Positions 9,470-18,349 of a stretch of DNA of 48,719 bases are shown here, piece after piece. The stretch spans positions 1 through 48,719 of the forward strand of contig JAIRKR010000010.1 of the NCBI GenBank assembly GCA_031260015.1, given 5' to 3'. The notes beneath the pieces were generated by a model. It saw only the letters and a program-made list of their open reading frames with translations, made no database searches and had not been told where the DNA came from. The DNA comes from Puniceicoccales bacterium. Lineage in GTDB: Bacteria > Verrucomicrobiota > Verrucomicrobiia > Opitutales > UBA9783. Position 1 is the stretch's first letter. Each line of letters opens with the position of its first letter. The position numbers were made by a program, and so were the translations under genes.

Positions 9470-10354
9470 AACAAATTCATCTTTCATTGCCTGTATATCA
9501 TCATACAATTCCGTCTGTGCAATGTTTAATTCATCTTTTTTAACCTTACCCATAAACTTTTCCCAGTTTTGTTGTAAGTAAGTCTTGAGCCACCATAAGG
9601 CCGCCATACAATTCTCATTGCTTCTAAACTTAAAAAACTCTTGTGACATTACGGCAAATACACGACGTTTTTGGGGTGCCGTTGCCAAGAGACTTCTTTT
9701 TACTTGTTGGACATTTTCACTCCCGTCCATTGCCAACAAATATATACATTTCAAAAAAGAAAATCGAAGAGGGCTTTCGGTACGCAATAGTTCATTAATA
9801 ATTTCTATAGGCAAGCCCAATTCACCTGCACGAATACAATTTATAATCAATTCGATACAATTTTCTGGGCTTTCGTAGGTTTTAGGTTTATATTTTATGG
9901 CCTTTTGCAAAATACAAACAGTGTTTTGATGTTTATGCCTTTTGGCAATAGACAATGGCGTTTCCCTAATAACGGATTGGCTTTCTGGATCGGCGCCCAT
10001 AGCCAAAAGGAGCAAAACAAGCTCTCTTGCATTTTTTGCCGCAGCCTCATGAATCGCCTGTCGGCCCCATCGTTCTGTGCATGTAAATCGTACGTAAGGA
10101 TTAAGCTGAGCTAAATATTCGCCAATGAATACTTGTTCTGTCGCACAAGCAAGATAAAATGGCGTCGTCTGCGCGTTACTGCCTTCGAATGATACGCCAA
10201 GCAGGGTATTAACATTTTCTGCGTTAATCAACTTCGGAATCTTATGCTCATACCCCATAATAATAGCACCCGCAATTTCTTCTGGTGTTGCAGTCAATAT
10301 CCCACTAGTAACAAGCAATCCCAAACCTATAATTCCATATTTTAAAATCCTCAT
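9452..10354 (-). CDS. Ankyrin-repeat protein with N-terminal signal/TM segment
   Basis: 300 aa. Signal-like MRILKYGIIGLGLLVTSGILTA. ANK-like repeats (TPFYLACATEQ.., GRQAIHEAAAKNARELVLLLLAMGADPE, ETPLSIAKRHKHQNTVCILQ). Confidence 0.8.
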   Translation of the reverse strand: MRILKYGIIGLGLLVTSGILTATPEEIAGAIIMGYEHKIPKLINAENVNTLLGVSFEGSNAQTTPFYLACATEQVFIGEYLAQLNPYVRFTCTERWGRQAIHEAAAKNARELVLLLLAMGADPESQSVIRETPLSIAKRHKHQNTVCILQKAIKYKPKTYESPENCIELIINCIRAGELGLPIEIINELLRTESPLRFSFLKCIYLLAMDGSENVQQVKRSLLATAPQKRRVFAVMSQEFFKFRSNENCMAALWWLKTYLQQNWEKFMGKVKKDELNIAQTELYDDIQAMKDEFVSVENR

Positions 10355-10433
10355 TATCCCTCCTTTTCTTATTTTTTTGAAGAGGAAAATATCTAAAGTC
10401 TTACAAAAGTCAAGATAAAAAAGAGCATATCGA

Positions 10434-12410
10434 TCAATTTAACTTACCTATGGTTACTTGTGCAGGGTTGTCCAGCTTAATATTAGATCGTGAAAGATTT
10501 GTTTTAATTGACTCCAGTTGTGAGCATAGGTCAATCGTAATTGCCTTACCATTGTCGATTTCAACTGTTCTTAATTTTGGACAGCAGCTAATGTTATAAT
10601 AAACATAAAGCCAAAATGTACACCAATTCCACCAACCCACGCTAAAAGAGAGCTTCAGTGTTTCAAGATTGGGTAACCCTTTAAGATCAATTGTAAGCGG
10701 ATCACTACAAATAATTTTAACATCCATGGTTTTTGTTTCCGGTGCTATTATATTGATTGTTTCTATATTACTTAGGCCACTAAAATTTAACGTTTGCTTT
10801 ACGTTTTGTTCATTCGTGCAGAAATTTACAGTGGTTACAACATTTTGAATGCGTGTAGCTATTTTCATTTGTTTAACTTCATACAATGGCCAAGTGTTGT
10901 TGTAAATAGTATCTAAAAAGCCTTCTGCTTTAATATCATTATCATTTAGCATTAGTGTATTATACCCTCCCGCCAATGCGAAATTATCAATATCCTTTGC
11001 CAAACTTTGTTTAAAACTGTCTGGATATGAAAAGATATTTGGCTCGAACTTAAGCCTATATACAAAACGCAAAAGTGCTTCAAATGAGTTAAATCTACCT
11101 TGATATAGCCAATATAGTCCTAAATTCCCATCAGAAAATAATCTTAGAGAGTTTTCAATTGCAAAAAGGTTAATATACTCCAAGTCTTTGAATAATCCAA
11201 TTGTGTTTTGACCACCAAGGTTTCCTAATACAATATTCCCGTGGCCTTTTAAAATATGAATATCAAATTGGTACTTTTTTTGTTGATCCTGTTGCGTTTT
11301 TTTTACACCTCGGATGTTTACATCCGCATAAATATCATATTTGTCCGCCTCGACATTTGTCATGTTGATTTCAAGTTCTGTAATGCCAAAACGATATGAT
11401 TGTGGTTCATCGTCTCCTGCGTGTTCACTTTCTTGAAATAATTTTAAAAGCTTCTCTTTTAAAACAGTAATGGCAGCATTTTGATCATTTCGGTCGCATA
11501 TGGATTCATATAACTTTTGTTCACTCGTACAATCTCTTGTAATTTGCTCTTTTCCAAATAAAAAAGCCAAAATATTATAAACATTGATTATGCCCGCTTT
11601 AATTTCATTTGAAGCAATTTCAACATCATCTAACCTATTATAGGGTGTTAAAACAGCACCACGAGAAGGATCGAGGCGTGAACCATCGGTTTTCATCCTA
11701 TAAATAACATTTGGAATACCTACCATAATTTCATTCCATGCCGTCCTAAGCGTTTGAGAGCCATTATTTGCCGAATCTCTATTCGGTTGATGTGTTTGAT
11801 AGAAGGTATGGAAAAGGCCTGCTTTAGGACCCATTATATGGTTCGGAGTAAATCTCCCTGTTATCGGATCATAAAATAAAATGTTAAATACATGACGAAA
11901 TAAAACTTCTACACAATCCGGAAATGTATGTTTTAATGAGTTACCGTTACCATCAACAACATTTACGAATCCCTGCGATATCGGTTCTGAAATATAAGGA
12001 AATGGATTATTCTCCCACATATTCTTTAGGTGTTCCCTAGCTTTTCTGCTCCATTTCTCCGAAGGACTTCTTGGAGGAGCCTCATTTTTATGAAGATCTG
12101 CAAAGCAACAAAACTCTGCCATAAGCTGTCCAAGCACCTCCGTTCCATAAATAGAAGTGTACTTATTAATCTTATCATGGTTTTGTACGCTTATCTTTTC
12201 ATAGAGAAAAGCTAATAACACCTGCGCAAGAACTTCTTGTTTTTGTTTTTCTATGGGTTCACTACCGTTCCGATTAGCCCCGTCAACAATCGCTTTAATA
12301 TTTTGCAAGAATGGATCTATAACATCAGCTCTATTCTTCTTTACGCCTTTTGCTATTGTTCTCAAATTTTCTCGGATGTTCAAAAAGAAATGCTTGATTA
12401 TTTTTGCCAC
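10434..12410 (-). CDS. Large hypothetical protein. An orphan N-terminal region of about 480 aa is followed by a C-terminal leucine-rich-repeat-like region. Candidate secreted effector.
   Basis: 658 aa uninterrupted ORF in a low-GC tract. C-terminal LxxLxL-type repeats (LNFSGLSNIETINI, LKGLPNLETLKLS, CPKLRTVEID, LESIKTNLSRSNIKL). No signal peptide. Confidence 0.7.
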   Translation of the reverse strand: MAKIIKHFFLNIRENLRTIAKGVKKNRADVIDPFLQNIKAIVDGANRNGSEPIEKQKQEVLAQVLLAFLYEKISVQNHDKINKYTSIYGTEVLGQLMAEFCCFADLHKNEAPPRSPSEKWSRKAREHLKNMWENNPFPYISEPISQGFVNVVDGNGNSLKHTFPDCVEVLFRHVFNILFYDPITGRFTPNHIMGPKAGLFHTFYQTHQPNRDSANNGSQTLRTAWNEIMVGIPNVIYRMKTDGSRLDPSRGAVLTPYNRLDDVEIASNEIKAGIINVYNILAFLFGKEQITRDCTSEQKLYESICDRNDQNAAITVLKEKLLKLFQESEHAGDDEPQSYRFGITELEINMTNVEADKYDIYADVNIRGVKKTQQDQQKKYQFDIHILKGHGNIVLGNLGGQNTIGLFKDLEYINLFAIENSLRLFSDGNLGLYWLYQGRFNSFEALLRFVYRLKFEPNIFSYPDSFKQSLAKDIDNFALAGGYNTLMLNDNDIKAEGFLDTIYNNTWPLYEVKQMKIATRIQNVVTTVNFCTNEQNVKQTLNFSGLSNIETINIIAPETKTMDVKIICSDPLTIDLKGLPNLETLKLSFSVGWWNWCTFWLYVYYNISCCPKLRTVEIDNGKAITIDLCSQLESIKTNLSRSNIKLDNPAQVTIGKLN

Positions 12411-12494
12411 ATCGACACATGATAATTTATTACATAACTCTTGGTCTCGATCTATAGCTGCCGCCAGTACACCACCCGTTGAAGGAAACAGTTG

Positions 12495-12836
12495 TCAAAT
12501 GATCGCGAACAGAGGATCCTTTGGTGTGTCCATTGCATATACACGCTTTCCTGTTGTTGCATCAAGCTTAATCTCATAATTTCCATAAAATCGCAAATTA
12601 TGAATAAATCCCGACTCAATGGCTACAGCTCCCCATGTTAGGTCAGCATATTTGGCAACAAGGATCTCGTAATTCAAACGTGATGCTAAATAGTCCACCA
12701 ATGCTAATGGAGCACGGGCATTTAACAAAGCGTAGAGTGAAAGAAATAAAACAATGACAGAAATTTTCTTTAGCATAGCAATTAAGGAAAAATTATAGTT
12801 TAAAAGTTTTCGAAATGCCATACAATTATAAGCCAT
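12495..12836 (-). CDS. Small hypothetical secreted protein (possibly PepSY-like)
   Basis: 113 aa. An internal start at 12776 gives MLKKISVIVLFLSLYALLNA, a signal-like segment. The C-terminal YEIKLDATTGKRVY resembles a PepSY motif. First gene of the co-directional three-gene cassette. Confidence 0.5.
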   Translation of the reverse strand: MAYNCMAFRKLLNYNFSLIAMLKKISVIVLFLSLYALLNARAPLALVDYLASRLNYEILVAKYADLTWGAVAIESGFIHNLRFYGNYEIKLDATTGKRVYAMDTPKDPLFAII

Positions 12837-12890
12837 TTATAATTTTACCAGTTTAAGACCTGACACGATTCCGATGACCAATGGTAATCG

Positions 12891-12973
12891 TTTAGCTAAA
12901 ACATTATGAACACATTTAATTTTTACAATCCTGTGCAGATTCATTTTTGAAAAAATTCAATTTCAAAGTCGGC
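12891..12973 (+). pseudogene. Degenerate duplicate of the upstream leader and first ~22 codons of the alcohol dehydrogenase gene at 13752
   Basis: Hand alignment of 12891-12973 against 13737-13820 gives about 85% identity over ~83 nt, including the ATG (12906 vs 13752). The copy reads MNTFNFYNPVQIHF and then TGA. Confidence 0.6.
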
Positions 12974-13146
12974 TTATGTGAATCGGTAAATTATATTCGA
13001 ATAAAAAGCAAAACTTTAAAGTAAACAAGATTTTATTTTTTATGAGATGCAATAGGGCAGATATTTTTAGAAATACATTTTAGACGTAATGGGTATGCTG
13101 GTTTCGCTGAGAAATGGATCTATAGATATGAAGGAGATGGTTAAAA

Positions 13147-13629
13147 ATGAATATGAAATCAAAAATGATGGTTGTTTATTATTCTTATTTGGGAATTACA
13201 AAGGCAGTTGCTGAATTTATTCAGGAAAAAGTTGACGGTGATATCTTTGAAATTGAACCCGTAGATCAATATCCTTCCAGTTATAGTGCTGTCTTGGAAC
13301 TAGCTAACAAAGAATTGGCTTCCGGACACAAACCGACATTGAGAAAGCGATTGGAAAATATAGATAATTATGGTGTGATTTTTTTGGGATCGCCCGTTTG
13401 GTGTGGAACAATAGCTCCGGCAGTCACCTCATTTTTATCCACACATGATTTGTCCGGAAAAACAATTATACCGTTTTGTACCCATGGTGGCGGAGGAGAG
13501 AGCAATACTTTTAGGGACATACGGATTCTTACACCTGGATCAACGGTTTTTTCCGGAGGATCCTTCATGGGGAATCCCAAAAGAGAAATATCCACATGGC
13601 TTGAAATCCAATTGAAACAAAAGTCTTGA
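13147..13629 (+). CDS. Flavodoxin-family protein
   Basis: 160 aa. VVYYSxxGxTK N-terminus, GSPVWxG and a CTHGGGG segment typical of short flavodoxin-like proteins. The true start is probably one of the downstream Met codons. Confidence 0.85.
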   Translation: MNMKSKMMVVYYSYLGITKAVAEFIQEKVDGDIFEIEPVDQYPSSYSAVLELANKELASGHKPTLRKRLENIDNYGVIFLGSPVWCGTIAPAVTSFLSTHDLSGKTIIPFCTHGGGGESNTFRDIRILTPGSTVFSGGSFMGNPKREISTWLEIQLKQKS

Positions 13630-13751
13630 AGATCTTATATTCATTTTAGTTATCAAAAAACAGAAAGGATGCTTTGATAAACGAAGTTGTCGATTTATGC
13701 GATGGCCGTAAGATAATGAAAAATAGTGGCGAGAAATTTAGCTAACAAATT

Positions 13752-14915
13752 ATGAACACATTTAACTTTTGCAATCCTGTACGGATTCATTTTGGAGAAA
13801 ATTCAATTTCCAAGTTGACCGACGAACTTGAAAAATTTGGTCCCAATGTCCTATTAACCTACGGTGGAGGTAGCATTAAACGCAATGGTATTTATCGGGC
13901 GGTTTTGGACAGTTTAAAGGCAGCGCGCAAAAATGTATTTGAATTGAGTGGCATTATGGCAAATCCGCGGACAGAAAAAGTTTACGAAGGTATTCGGATG
14001 TGCCGTGAGCGTGCGATAGATTTTATCTTAGCCGTTGGAGGAGGCAGCGTGATCGATTGTTCGAAGTTTATTGCCGCAGGTGCAAAATTGGACGGTGATT
14101 TTTTTGAAACTTTACTCATTAAGCGGGCACCCATTTTTGAAGCTTTACCGTTGGGTGTTGTATTGACGATCGCTGCAACGGGGAGCGAGATGAATGCAAA
14201 CTGTGTTATTACCCATTGGCAAAAACATCTAAAACTTGCCTATGAACATAACCTGTTGTATCCCAAGTTTTCGATTTTAGATCCCATTTATACGTATTCT
14301 GTATCCCAATCTCAAATGGTCTTTGGGTGCGTAGACATTCTTTCACATATTTTCGAGGTTTACTTTTCCGCTCCAGATACGTCGAATGTAAGCGATGACA
14401 TTGCGGAAGCGTTGATAAAAAGCGTTATGGAAAACTTAGCCGTGGCTTTAAATAATCCTAAAGATTACACGGCACGTTCCAATATCATGTGGGCCAGTTC
14501 AATGGCACTCAATGGACTTCTCGGTTTGGGAAAAGAACAAGATTGGATGGGGCATCAAATTGAACACGTCCTTTCGGCGTTCTACGACGTGCCCCATGGG
14601 GCCGGATTAGCGGTTGTACATCCCGTTTACTTAAAATATATCTGTCAAAAAGTACCTAAAAAATTTGTCCGCTACGCGCAGCGTGTTTGGCATTTGGACT
14701 GCTTGGGCAAAACGGAAGAAGCCATTGCTTTAGAGAGCATTGAAAAAACACGTGCTTATTTTAAGTCCATCGGTGCTCCGATAACCTTGCAAGAAATTGA
14801 AATTCCCCCAGAAGCGATCGATAAAATGGCCGAAACCGTCCATCCATTTCCCACAAGTTATGCCCATTTAACACAGGAAGACATGAAGCGTATTTTGCGG
14901 CAATGTTTGAAGTAA
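13752..14915 (+). CDS. Iron-containing (group III) alcohol dehydrogenase, butanol dehydrogenase/YqhD-like
   Basis: 387 aa. GGGSxxD NAD(P)-binding motif (AVGGGSVIDCSK) and metal-binding His cluster (HQIEHVLSAFYDVPHGAGLAVV). Confidence 0.92.
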   Translation: MNTFNFCNPVRIHFGENSISKLTDELEKFGPNVLLTYGGGSIKRNGIYRAVLDSLKAARKNVFELSGIMANPRTEKVYEGIRMCRERAIDFILAVGGGSVIDCSKFIAAGAKLDGDFFETLLIKRAPIFEALPLGVVLTIAATGSEMNANCVITHWQKHLKLAYEHNLLYPKFSILDPIYTYSVSQSQMVFGCVDILSHIFEVYFSAPDTSNVSDDIAEALIKSVMENLAVALNNPKDYTARSNIMWASSMALNGLLGLGKEQDWMGHQIEHVLSAFYDVPHGAGLAVVHPVYLKYICQKVPKKFVRYAQRVWHLDCLGKTEEAIALESIEKTRAYFKSIGAPITLQEIEIPPEAIDKMAETVHPFPTSYAHLTQEDMKRILRQCLK

Positions 14916-15215
14916 AAGATTTTTATAGGGCCTGATTTTTCTCTGATTTCTTTTGACAATACTCTCTTTTCTTGGCGTGCCTAGAACTTTTTTCAAGGTC
15001 GACAAGTTATCTGGGTCCAAACCTTCATAATGGTCGGCATTCCCCATCAAAAAATCTCTTCTTTTTGTAGGAAATTTGTCAAAGGCCAGTCGAATAAACT
15101 CTATCTTATAATTTTTAGCGGCTTTTACGTCCTCTCGTAGGATACGCGCATTAAACATATTTGTTCCCATCTTGGGGGGTTCCCAAAATGTCTTCCGCGG
15201 CATATTTTTCCCCAA
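14868..15215 (-). pseudogene. Possible gene remnant. The N-terminal ~75 aa look protein-like and may be glycoside-hydrolase-like. The tail looks like out-of-frame junk and overlaps the ADH 3' end.
   Basis: 115 aa ORF overlapping ADH by 48 nt. No recognisable complete domain. Sits between ADH and tRNA-Pro. Confidence 0.3.
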
Positions 15216-15312
15216 TGTGTCACGTGAGTTATAATTTGAACAAGCGCATAAAGATAGTATAACGCCTAGACATGTAAACTTTTTTATGGACTATGCCAAC
15301 TTTACATTCTCA

Positions 15313-15389
15313 TGGTCGGGTCAGGGAGATTCGAACTCCCGACCCCTTGCACCCCATGCAAGTGCGCTACCAGACTGCGCCATGACCCG
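15313..15389 (-). tRNA. tRNA-Pro (anticodon GGG), CCA encoded
   Basis: Reverse complement is CGGGTCATGGCGCAGTCTGGTAGCGCACTTGCATGGGGTGCAAGGGGTCGGGAGTTCGAATCTCCCTGACCCGACCA. Anticodon stem CTTGC/GCAAG, loop ATGGGGT. Confidence 0.93.
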
Positions 15390-15500
15390 TTTAAAAATCC
15401 TTTCACGAGTAAAATTTTTCTTGTAAGCGAAGTCAAGCAATTACATCTTGTAAATGAACGTTTATGGGCTGCAAATGTTTAATGGGGATGCATTTTAACC

Positions 15501-15529
15501 TTGCATAACGAGCAAAAGTAGTGTATAAA
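15501..15529 (+). promoter_or_regulatory. Sigma70-like promoter candidate, TTGCAT-N17-TATAAA, upstream of the chaperone gene
   Basis: The -35 is at 15501-15506 and the -10 at 15524-15529 with a 17-nt spacer. The predicted start site falls about at ATG 15536, which would make the mRNA leaderless or nearly so. Confidence 0.3.
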
Positions 15530-15535
15530 TGTTCT

Positions 15536-15976
15536 ATGGACACGTTTGAAAATTTTACTTTTGTACTTCAAAAATTTGGAGAGTCGATTCATTTACAGCC
15601 ATTGGCGTTAGATGATAACAACGCATGTGAATTGTGTTTAGACGATAAACAGAACGTACAAATCTGTTTTAATAGAGAACGATCAGAGGTCGAATTTTTG
15701 ACAGAATTGGGAGACGTCAATGAAAATTATCTTGAAAGATCTTGCAACTGTTTTTTAAAGGCGAACTGCGATTGGGAGCTAACGCATGGTATGACGTTAT
15801 CCAAACGGCCCGATGCTTTAAAGATACTGTTGGGGTACCATGTGCCCGCCTTGAACATGGATGTACCGTTATTTGAGAGTATTTTTAAAGCATTTATTGC
15901 AGAATTTGAGACTTGGCAGCAACATTTGATACACATGTACCGTGGCGAATTACCTGAGGTCTTATCGGAGTTGTGA
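15536..15976 (+). CDS. CesT/SycE-family type III secretion chaperone-like protein
   Basis: About 146 aa, acidic. Pattern FVLQKFGESIHLQPLALDDNNACELCLDDKQNVQICFNRERSEVEFLTELGDV is typical of class I T3S chaperones. The ORF track starts at GTG 15521; ATG 15536 is preferred. Confidence 0.65.
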   Translation: MDTFENFTFVLQKFGESIHLQPLALDDNNACELCLDDKQNVQICFNRERSEVEFLTELGDVNENYLERSCNCFLKANCDWELTHGMTLSKRPDALKILLGYHVPALNMDVPLFESIFKAFIAEFETWQQHLIHMYRGELPEVLSEL

Positions 15977-15986
15977 AGGAATTGCG

Positions 15987-18302
15987 GTGGAATCTCCGAT
16001 ATTGTTGAACGCCTTTTGGGAAACAACGTCTTCGGGAGTTCTATGTTTTAGTGAGGATGTGCATCTTCGAGAACTGCCTAGGGGTACCATTGAAGGGGAT
16101 CCCATCGTTTTAAAGCATTTTTCTAAGGTAAAATTTGCAGAGGTATCGGGTTATTGCGTCGATGAAGATTTTGTCTGCTTTCGTTTGGCTTGCTCCCAAC
16201 TTTCTCGTAAGTTGAAACAACTGCCTGGAAATTTTTACGTAGCCGGCGACTTCAACCATTGGTCTTGGCAAGGCACAAAGCCTCTAGGTTTAACGCGAGA
16301 TAAGAGTGCTTTAGAATTAAAAATACCCGCCTCCTGTTTCCCTGAGGTGAGTTACTTCAAATTTGTACACGAATCTAACCTGTGGATAAATCCTTTTGAA
16401 GAGAGTCCGAATCGCGTTCAAGACAATTGTGGGCACGTCAATTTTCAACTCAATCTTCGGCAAACGAGTGCGCATTGGGTGGCGTTTCAATGTGCTCACA
16501 GTTACGATCTTTCAATGCAACCTTGGCTGCAATTTGGAAATCGGTCTATTCGTATGGATACTTTACCCTGGGCTTTGCAACTGTACTCGGATAGGCCTTT
16601 AGGTTGTTGGATGGAAGATGATCGGACTCATTTTGCTCTATTTGCCCCTCGCATTCCGAAAGTTGAAGTTCACATTTTTAACAAACAGGTAAACGTGGAC
16701 AACGTATACCCTTTGCAGGTGGATAAAGAGGGTGTTTGGTCCGTTGATTTACCGGGCAATTATTCTCATTATTGCTATGAATTTTTCATTTATAGTTCGA
16801 AAAAAACAAAGGTTGTGGATCCTTACGCCAAGGCTTTGGTAAGCCCTCAAGGTCCCGGAATAATTATGCCTTTGACGGCGTACGCCAGAAATTTTAAGAC
16901 GCCTCGTATGCGCGACCTAACTATTTTGGAAGGCCATGTGCGCGATATAACGGGGAAAAGCAGCTTTAACGATTTATCAAAATTCCTACGAACGGACAAC
17001 TATCTAACTTCGCTCCATTGCAATGCGCTGGAACTTTTACCCATCAACGAATACGACGCTTTAGACGGTAAGGAATATCATTGGGGATATATGCCCGCTC
17101 ATTATTTTGCACCCTCCTCCTTTTATGCTCAGGGCAATTGCGGATCTCAGGTACAAGATTTTCAGAAACTCATAGAGGTATGCCATGCGAAAGGCATAGC
17201 CCTCATTTTAGACGTTGTATACAACCATGCAGGCATTTTTAATAGTTTGCAAAAAATCGACAAGGCCTATTATTTTCGCTCAACGGGGGAAATTTTTTCC
17301 AATTTCAGTGGTTGTGGCAACGACTTCCGTGCCGAAGCTCCCATGGCAAAACGCTTAATTCTGGACAGTTTATTGCACTTTTTAAACGTATACGGAGTCG
17401 ACGGTTTTCGTTTTGACTTGGCAGAATTACTAGGCGTCTCCGTATTGGAAGAAATCGCGCAAAGCCTAAAGGCGGTAAAATCGGATGTTATTTTAATAGC
17501 CGAACCGTGGAGTTTTAGAAGTCATGTGGCATTGGATCTGAAAGGGACAGATTACGCTTGCTGGAATGATGGATTTCGCGATTTTATACTGCAATACGTG
17601 CGTGGGCAAGGCAATGTGGATGGATTGAAATATTTTATAAAAGGTTCAACCGATTTCCTGTGCGAAACGGCTCAGCAGTCGATTAATTACACGGAATCGC
17701 ACGATGATCATTGTTGGATAGATCGCGTTACGGAAAATGCAAATTGCAATGGTGAAAATTTTACGGTGAAAGATCGCCGCAGAACGCACTGTATGTTTGC
17801 GATTCTCTACCTATCCTTAGGTATTCCCATGATAAGTGCCGGACAAGACTTTTTGAAATCGAAAAAAGGGATTCGCAACACCTACAATCGCGAGGATTGC
17901 AATCGATTGGACTACTTGCGCCTAGAACAGTTTGCCGGTACGCATGCGTACGTAAAAGGGCTTATTGAATTAAGAAAATCCACTTACGGTAGACTATTAA
18001 AAACAGGGCACCCATCGGCCCATTATTTCAAATACTTTTATGCAAAAAATTCTTCTGCGCTGGTTATCTTGTACAATGCAGATCATTCGGAAGGAAACCG
18101 ACAAATTTTATTTGCCATCAATCCTCATGAAACGCCCGTGGAGTTGTTTTTAAAAGATATTTCTTTGGATCCATTTGTCCAAATAGCGGATACGGAACGT
18201 TTTTGTCTAAAAGGATTGAATCCATGCATGACACCGTGGACTCAAGAAGGTATGCTGAATTTACCGTCTCTTTCATGTGCCATCTGGATATCTAACGTAT
18301 GA
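15987..18302 (+). CDS. glgX: Glycogen debranching enzyme / type I pullulanase (GH13) with an extra N-terminal CBM48-like module
   Basis: GH13 regions GFRFDLA, IAEPWS and YTESHDD. CBM48 at THFALFAPRIPKVEVHIF. An upstream AMPK-beta-like glycogen-binding module (FYVAGDFNHWSW..YFKFV..W). No in-frame ATG for about 190 codons. Start is GTG 15987 (AAGGA 6 nt upstream) or GTG 15942 (35-nt overlap with the chaperone). Confidence 0.9.
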   Translation: MESPILLNAFWETTSSGVLCFSEDVHLRELPRGTIEGDPIVLKHFSKVKFAEVSGYCVDEDFVCFRLACSQLSRKLKQLPGNFYVAGDFNHWSWQGTKPLGLTRDKSALELKIPASCFPEVSYFKFVHESNLWINPFEESPNRVQDNCGHVNFQLNLRQTSAHWVAFQCAHSYDLSMQPWLQFGNRSIRMDTLPWALQLYSDRPLGCWMEDDRTHFALFAPRIPKVEVHIFNKQVNVDNVYPLQVDKEGVWSVDLPGNYSHYCYEFFIYSSKKTKVVDPYAKALVSPQGPGIIMPLTAYARNFKTPRMRDLTILEGHVRDITGKSSFNDLSKFLRTDNYLTSLHCNALELLPINEYDALDGKEYHWGYMPAHYFAPSSFYAQGNCGSQVQDFQKLIEVCHAKGIALILDVVYNHAGIFNSLQKIDKAYYFRSTGEIFSNFSGCGNDFRAEAPMAKRLILDSLLHFLNVYGVDGFRFDLAELLGVSVLEEIAQSLKAVKSDVILIAEPWSFRSHVALDLKGTDYACWNDGFRDFILQYVRGQGNVDGLKYFIKGSTDFLCETAQQSINYTESHDDHCWIDRVTENANCNGENFTVKDRRRTHCMFAILYLSLGIPMISAGQDFLKSKKGIRNTYNREDCNRLDYLRLEQFAGTHAYVKGLIELRKSTYGRLLKTGHPSAHYFKYFYAKNSSALVILYNADHSEGNRQILFAINPHETPVELFLKDISLDPFVQIADTERFCLKGLNPCMTPWTQEGMLNLPSLSCAIWISNV

Positions 18303-18349
18303 TAGGGGGAAATGTTGACAGCATGGAATAACTTATGTAAAATATATCC

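Noticed and set aside
11937-11972. Fic-like motif GFVNVVDGNGNS in the 658-aa protein.
   Set aside because: The Fic core is HxFx(D/E)GNGRxxR. Here the catalytic His and both Arg are missing and the spacing of the Phe is wrong, so the match is probably coincidental.
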